Shown: one piece after another, positions 37,477 to 42,377 of the stretch | Numbering within the stretch: the stretch's first letter is position 1 | Layout of the letters: each line of letters opens with the position of its first letter | Assembly (NCBI GenBank): GCA_045047305.1 | Contig: JASFYO010000058.1 | Location: 1-42,377, forward strand | Reading direction: 5' to 3' | Origin: Planctomycetota bacterium | Lineage (GTDB): Bacteria; Planctomycetota; UBA1135 | DNA length: 42,377 nt | Notes under the pieces: model-generated | What the model was told of the DNA's origin: nothing | Database searches by the model: none | Seen by the model: the letters and a program-made list of their open reading frames with translations, nothing else | Made by a program: the position numbers and the translations under genes

Positions 37477-37523
37477 ATGCAAAATCTTGTGGGTTCAACA
37501 TCAACAACCACAACATCTTGTGG
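37477..37523. promoter_or_regulatory. Tandem NrdR boxes upstream of nrdJ
   Basis: ATGCAAAATCTTGTGG (37477-37492) and the near-palindrome CCACAACATCTTGTGG (37508-37523), starts 31 bp apart. They resemble the NrdR consensus acaCwAtATaTwGtg and its typical spacing. Confidence 0.88.
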
Positions 37524-37541
37524 CACAAAAACAAGGTGTCT

Positions 37542-38555
37542 TTAAGCGCCCGAAACGTCAACGCGCAGCCTTTTGCGAACAGCGTTAACCACCATTTCTG
37601 CAGACACCTCGTTTCCGCAGCGGAAATGGTGCTCCGGGCAAGTCGGATGTCCGTGAATCCCGCACGGACGACAATCCAAGTCAGCGACTTGAAGGACGAT
37701 GTCTTGAGCACCACGTGGGCCGAATCCGAAATCGGGCACGGTGCTGCAGAAAATCGCCACAACGGGGATTCCAGCAGCCACTCCCATGTGCATCGGGGCG
37801 GAATCATTGGTCATGAGGCAGGCAGCATGCTCCAGGACCGCATAGGATTCACGCAGGTTGGTCTTGCCGGTGAGATTGCTCAGACCAGGGCCGCCGCCGG
37901 AGAGCTGGATGATCTCATCGGCCAGGTCGGTGTCATCGGGACCGCCGAGCAACACCACGCGTTCTCCCCCATCCAATAACTGCTTGATTGCGGCTGCAAA
38001 GTGTTCCGCAGGCCAGCGCTTGGTCGCCCAGATGGATCCTGGAGCCACTGCCACATACCCGGATTGCGGTGCCAGCTCCAAAGCACGACGCTTTTCCGCC
38101 TCCGATGGGTACAAACGCGGTCGCTCCCATGCCCCACCCCCAATCAGCGCGAGATTGCGTTCAATCTCATGTAGACCTTGCGGATATGGCACCAACTTGG
38201 TGTAAAGCTTGGCGCCCGAGGCATTGTCGTAGCCCACCCGCTCTGGAATCCGCGCCAAGCGCAGCAGAAATGCGGTGCGCCAGGAGCGGTGCGAGCAAAT
38301 CACCCGCGCGTATTGGCGTTGACGCAAAGCTTTGGCCAAACGGAAGATGCCGGCAATGCCTTTGTCAGCGCCGCGCTTTTCATAAACCATGACCTCGCGC
38401 AAATCCGGATGACCGCAAAGCATCTGTGCACCACCTGGGGAGGTCAAGAAGTCGACCGGTCCATCAAATTTTGCCACGGCAGCACGCACCAACGGCTCGG
38501 CGCAGAGAACGTCGCCCAGGAAAGAGGTATCGACCAGCAAGGTAGCTTGAGACAC
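37542..38555 (-). CDS. waaF: Glycosyltransferase family 9, LPS heptosyltransferase II-like
   Basis: TSFLGDV, HRSWRTA, APGSIWATKRWP, VLLGG, NLTGKTNL, TNDSAPMHMG, RPCGIHGH..CP..HF.C. Confidence 0.85.
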   Translation of the reverse strand: MSQATLLVDTSFLGDVLCAEPLVRAAVAKFDGPVDFLTSPGGAQMLCGHPDLREVMVYEKRGADKGIAGIFRLAKALRQRQYARVICSHRSWRTAFLLRLARIPERVGYDNASGAKLYTKLVPYPQGLHEIERNLALIGGGAWERPRLYPSEAEKRRALELAPQSGYVAVAPGSIWATKRWPAEHFAAAIKQLLDGGERVVLLGGPDDTDLADEIIQLSGGGPGLSNLTGKTNLRESYAVLEHAACLMTNDSAPMHMGVAAGIPVVAIFCSTVPDFGFGPRGAQDIVLQVADLDCRPCGIHGHPTCPEHHFRCGNEVSAEMVVNAVRKRLRVDVSGA

Positions 38556-38609
38556 GACGCTATTCTAAGTCCTTGAGACTCCTGTCATGACCTCCATCTG
38601 CCCACTCGT

Positions 38610-39989
38610 TTGACCCCCAGTCTTCCAGGCTCGCGCCGGGAAGTCATGCGTCTTGCGTGGCCGATTGGAGTTTCGATGTTGTCCTTCACCCTGAAGGGCT
38701 TCGTCGACATGCTCATGGTCGGCGAACTCGGCACCGATGCTCTCGGCGCAGTTGGCTTCGCCTCCATCGCAACGTGGTTTGCAGTGACTTTCCCATGGGG
38801 CATCCTGCGTGGGCAACGTCCGCTGGTGAGTCAGTATTTGGGCTCCGGCGACCGTGCGCGCGCCCTGTCCTATGGAGTGCACGCCTTTCTATTGGCGCTC
38901 ATTTTCGGCGTACTTATTTTTGCGTTTGCACATCCAGCCGCCGATTTCTTTCGTGGCTTCATTGACTCCACCCAACTCGGGCAGGATTCGGTGGAAATTG
39001 GAACTTCCTATTTCCGCATTCGTTTGCAATGGTTACTCCCGACCTTGCTCACTTTTGCGATTGCAGAATATTTGCGTTCCGTGGGCAGAATGCGCATTCC
39101 AATGGTGGTGGATTTACTCGTGCACCCACTCAACTTGATTTTCAACTACGCGCTCATCTTCGGCCATTTTGGTTTACCCGAGATGGGTGCCGACGGCGCA
39201 GCGCTTGGAACGGGACTTGCTGACTTAGTTGCACTTGCCACGATTATCTTCATCGTAAATCCGCGCAAGAACCTAAACCGCAAAGCGCTCACGCTCCGTT
39301 GGAATCGAATGAAATCGGTAATTAAGGTGGGCATTACCGGCGGCATTCAATTCACGCTAGAAAACCTATCCTTCCTTTCCATCACTTGGATTGTGGGCCA
39401 AACCGACACCATGGCCCTTGCAGTACACCAAGCGGGCATTCAATTGGTGCACTTGTCCTTGCTACCCGCGGTGGCGATTGCTGATGCAGGATCGGTTTTG
39501 ATCGGACGGTTCGTGGGTGAGATGGATTACGAAAGCACCAAACGCACCCTGCGCTCAACCTTGCAGATTTTGATTCCGTTCATGAGTTCGATGGCCTTGG
39601 TTTACCTAATTTTCGGTCGCGAACTCGCAGGGCTCTTCCTTCACAACGATGACCCTGAAATCCTTGAGCACGCGCTCGATCTCGGGCAAGGTGTGATGGC
39701 GGCATGTGCGCTTTGGCAATTGGGCGACGCCCTGCAAGTAGCCTTCCGCTTCGCCCTTCGCGCTGCAGGCGATCACATCTGGGTGATGTGGACCGGCATT
39801 CTCTGCACCTGGCTACTCAGTATTCCGCTATGTGCATGGGTGGTGTACGTCTACCACGGCGACGTCGCGATGGTGTGGTACATGTGGGGCGCCGAAATCT
39901 TCGTCGGAGGGTTTATCTTTTTATGGAGATGGAATAGTGGAGCGTGGATGAAAAAGCGATTGGTGGACGACGGTCAAATTGGCGATTAG
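38610..39989 (+). CDS. MATE-family efflux transporter
   Basis: LAWPI, FVDMLMVGELG..ALGAVG, VSQYLG, NLIFNYALIFG.FGLPEMGADGAALGT, LAVHQ, LRAAGD; about 12 TM helices. Confidence 0.93.
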   Translation: MTPSLPGSRREVMRLAWPIGVSMLSFTLKGFVDMLMVGELGTDALGAVGFASIATWFAVTFPWGILRGQRPLVSQYLGSGDRARALSYGVHAFLLALIFGVLIFAFAHPAADFFRGFIDSTQLGQDSVEIGTSYFRIRLQWLLPTLLTFAIAEYLRSVGRMRIPMVVDLLVHPLNLIFNYALIFGHFGLPEMGADGAALGTGLADLVALATIIFIVNPRKNLNRKALTLRWNRMKSVIKVGITGGIQFTLENLSFLSITWIVGQTDTMALAVHQAGIQLVHLSLLPAVAIADAGSVLIGRFVGEMDYESTKRTLRSTLQILIPFMSSMALVYLIFGRELAGLFLHNDDPEILEHALDLGQGVMAACALWQLGDALQVAFRFALRAAGDHIWVMWTGILCTWLLSIPLCAWVVYVYHGDVAMVWYMWGAEIFVGGFIFLWRWNSGAWMKKRLVDDGQIGD

Positions 39990-40186
39990 AACCTTGGATA
40001 AGGGGAAAAGCTTGCTGGCCCAGATGGCGTTCATGAAGTCGTCGGCGCCCCGTTTTTGCCTAAAGCAAGTAACTGGAGAATTCTTCACAGAATCTTCAAG
40101 TTCAAAATCCGGGTGAATCGGCTAATGAGTGATAAACTCAAGGGGATTTCCCAATTTCGCTCCGTGCCTTTGCATCCCTCCACCCC

Positions 40187-41896
40187 ATGAAAACCTTCTC
40201 TCGAACTCTAGGGCTCGCTGTTTTGGCAGCTGCCTTCATGCCGTCTTTCCTTACAGCCCAGAGCGTTGGGGGTGTCGAGGATCTAAAATGGAGGTTTGAC
40301 GGTTCCGCGCTGTTCGAAGAATTTGGCCATGCAGTCGATGGAGCTGGCGACGTCGACCGCGACGGATTCGATGACATCATTGTGGGTGCATGGGGCGCCA
40401 ATCAAGGATTTAATTCCGCGGCAGGCGCTGCCTTTGTCTATTCCGGCGCCACCGGGGCGCAGCTTTATCGCATCAATGGATCCAACACCAATGACCAGCT
40501 CGGGTTTTCCGTGGCCGGCGCTGGCGACTTAGATGGCGATGGCTTTTCTGACTTCCTCGTTGGCTCCTTTGGCGCCGACCCCAATGGCGTTACCGACGCC
40601 GGTTCGGTTTTGGTTTATTCCGGACGACTCGGCAATCAGCTCTTTAGTCTTCATGGGGCATCCATAGCCGATGCCTTTGGTTACGCACTTGCAAGCGCCG
40701 GTGACGTAAATGCAGACGGCACTCCAGACTTCATTGTTGGTTCACTCCTAACCGACGTGAACGGCTTTATTCAAGTAGGCTCGGCCTTTGTTTATTCGGG
40801 TGCAACGAGTGCCCTACTTTATCGCTTCGACGGCGAGGCAGACTTTGACGATTTCAGTTTCTCGGTCGATGGTGCCGGCGACGTCAACGGCGATGGTTTC
40901 GCCGACCTCATCGTAGGCTCGGTTCTTGCAGACCCCAACGGTAGCCTCGATGCTGGATCGGCATTTGTTTACTCCGGAGCGACCGGGCTGCAACTCTATC
41001 GTTTCGATGGAGCTTTCGCAGGTGACGCAATGGGCAGTGCGGTGGCCGGCGTAGGCGATGTCAACGGAGACGGTTTCGACGATATCGCAGTGGGTGCCTT
41101 ATCGGCCGACCCCAACGGAGTCACCGATGCAGGCTCTGTATTCATTTACTCCGGTGCCACTGGCGCGCAACTTTATCGCTTCGATGGCACCAACGTCAGT
41201 GACCGCCTCGGACTTTCTGTTGACGGAGCCGGAGATGCGGATGGCGATGGCTTCAGCGATTTCTTGATTGGAGATTGGAGTGCAGATCCAAACTTTTTAC
41301 TGAATGCTGGTTCCGCCTCGGTTTATTCAGGCGCCACCGGTGCTGAGATTTTTCACTTCGATGGAACCACGAGTGGCGATTTCCTAGGACGCGCAGTGGC
41401 GGCGGCCGGAGACATCGATGGCGACGGTCGACCCGATTTCATTTTGGGTTCTGACCAAGCCGCGCCCAACGGACGCATGCAAGCAGGCTCTGCCTTCGTT
41501 TATAATTACAACCCAATCCTCAACGCATCGGCGAATACTCTTTCTGTTTCAGCCGGAGGCACGATTGATTACACCATCGACTTCCCTGACACCGATGGCC
41601 GCCTAGATTATCGCATGCTCTTGTCGCTGCAGGGAACTGGCCCAACCTCGATCCGTGGCTTATTAATTCCACTTAGCATGGATAACATCCTCATGGATTC
41701 CTTACATGGCATCACCCCCGCTCAAGGGCTAGGCTTTCAAGGCATGCTCAGTGTGCGCGGCCAAGCTTTGGCCCACTTCACCGCAGCCCCTGGCAGCATT
41801 CCTCTTAGTCTCGTCGGCCGCTCACTTTTCTTGGCGGTGGTCAATTCCAGCCTCGACGTATCTTCGGTTGCGCGCAAAATCGACTTCGTGCAATAA
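40187..41896 (+). CDS. Secreted FG-GAP / integrin-alpha-like 7-bladed beta-propeller protein
   Basis: Signal peptide, seven repeats of about 59 aa each with a DxD/NxDG Ca-binding loop and G..FVYSG, plus a C-terminal beta-rich domain. Confidence 0.93.
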   Translation: MKTFSRTLGLAVLAAAFMPSFLTAQSVGGVEDLKWRFDGSALFEEFGHAVDGAGDVDRDGFDDIIVGAWGANQGFNSAAGAAFVYSGATGAQLYRINGSNTNDQLGFSVAGAGDLDGDGFSDFLVGSFGADPNGVTDAGSVLVYSGRLGNQLFSLHGASIADAFGYALASAGDVNADGTPDFIVGSLLTDVNGFIQVGSAFVYSGATSALLYRFDGEADFDDFSFSVDGAGDVNGDGFADLIVGSVLADPNGSLDAGSAFVYSGATGLQLYRFDGAFAGDAMGSAVAGVGDVNGDGFDDIAVGALSADPNGVTDAGSVFIYSGATGAQLYRFDGTNVSDRLGLSVDGAGDADGDGFSDFLIGDWSADPNFLLNAGSASVYSGATGAEIFHFDGTTSGDFLGRAVAAAGDIDGDGRPDFILGSDQAAPNGRMQAGSAFVYNYNPILNASANTLSVSAGGTIDYTIDFPDTDGRLDYRMLLSLQGTGPTSIRGLLIPLSMDNILMDSLHGITPAQGLGFQGMLSVRGQALAHFTAAPGSIPLSLVGRSLFLAVVNSSLDVSSVARKIDFVQ

Positions 41897-41910
41897 CCTC
41901 CCACAGGTTA

Positions 41911-42144
41911 TTACCCCATCATCGTTTTGCGAATTCTTGACGACACTTCTCCTACCTCGGGGAAGTGGTCGTCACCCCCCAACTTGCTGTAAAGCAAAGC
42001 TCCATCTACTTGGACATCGAAGATGCCGCCAGATCCTGGAATCAACTGCGCTTCCGTCTGAAACTCCTCTTTCAACTCCGCGGCCAAACTGGTCGCTTCT
42101 GGGAGATAGTTTCACATCGAGCAGTAAGTGATTGTGATCTGCAT
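41911..42144 (-). CDS. SelW/SelT/SelH (Rdx-family) selenoprotein, CxxU motif, UGA = Sec
   Basis: Manual translation MQITITYCSM-U(TGA 42114-42112)-NYLPEATSLAAELKEEFQTEAQLIPGSGGIFDVQVDGALLYSKLGGDDHFPEVGEVSSRIRKTMMG*. Rdx hallmarks I.YCxxU.Y, GG.F(D/E)V.VDG.L.YSK and FP. SECIS-like hairpin downstream; -10 box 6 nt before the ATG. Confidence 0.9.
42076..42105 (-). promoter_or_regulatory. Putative bacterial SECIS element
   Basis: After the UGA: CUCC-CAGAA-GCGACC-AGUUU-GGCCGC-GGAG. The apical loop starts 21 nt after the UGA and has G at its second position. Confidence 0.7.
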
Positions 42145-42168
42145 GATTCCATATTAGCAAGGCTGCAA

Positions 42169-42239
42169 GGCCGCCCAGGACATGACGCGTAGCGAGGCTT
42201 GCGCAGCGAGCCAACCGCGGAGTGTCGGCCTGGACGGCC
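42169..42239 (-). repeat. Long imperfect hairpin containing a duplicate of the tRNA 3' end
   Basis: GGCCGCCCAGGACATGA (42169-42185) matches tRNA 42284-42300 at 16/17 positions. It is also an inverted repeat of CCTGGACGGCC (42229-42239), with inner stems. Confidence 0.7.
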
Positions 42240-42278
42240 CGGCAACTCCTCGTCGAAACAAAGTTTCGCAAGAGGAGT

Positions 42279-42355
<77 letters not shown>

Positions 42356-42365
42356 ACGCGCAAAG

Positions 42366-42371
42366 ATTCTA
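42366..42371 (-). promoter_or_regulatory. -10 element (TAGAAT) of the tRNA promoter
   Basis: gcTAGAAT lies 10 nt upstream of the mature tRNA 5' end. Confidence 0.55.
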
Positions 42372-42377
42372 GCCGCC

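Noticed and set aside
40126..40140. TGAGT-N5-ACTCA inverted repeat upstream of the FG-GAP gene
   Set aside because: Five-bp arms are expected by chance and no second copy was seen.
40330..41510. Periodic DNA repeats as a possible CRISPR or non-coding repeat array
   Set aside because: The repeats are degenerate, in frame and encode FG-GAP blades; there are no identical repeats with unique spacers.
41965..42271. Track ORFs 41965..42192 (+), 41972..42271 (-) and 41751..42131 (+)
   Set aside because: None has protein-like motifs. The region is explained by the Sec-containing Rdx gene in another frame.

Overview
A 42.4-kb, gene-dense bacterial chromosomal segment. It is most consistent with a Planctomycetota-type organism, inferred from a planctomycete-type cytochrome c domain, an FG-GAP propeller protein, a carboxypeptidase-regulatory-like protein and a Thr-type sulfatase-like protein. 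About 29 protein genes and one tRNA (CAU anticodon) are supported. Housekeeping genes include ispG, addB-addA, an RluA-family synthase, rpsU, recD2, pepP, a cysteine desulfurase, class II nrdJ with tandem NrdR boxes, waaF, a MATE transporter and an M1 aminopeptidase. Notable points: (1) a SelW/SelT/SelH (Rdx) selenoprotein gene missing from the ORF track (41911..42144, minus), with a CxxU motif, in-frame TGA and SECIS-like hairpin. (2) A lower-GC, tightly coupled five-gene operon (OprO/P porin, APH-like kinase with catalytic Asp->Asn, ABC exporter with a degenerate ATPase, hybrid histidine kinase, sigma-54 activator) that may be an undescribed sensing system built from pseudoenzymes. (3) Repeated TAnnnT-6 nt-start codon architecture, suggesting widespread leaderless mRNAs. 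(4) A structured element just downstream of the tRNA that duplicates the tRNA 3' end. (5) A GHMP pseudokinase and an FN3/cytochrome c lipoprotein with an altered distal-ligand motif. No CRISPR array, integrase, transposase or rRNA was seen.
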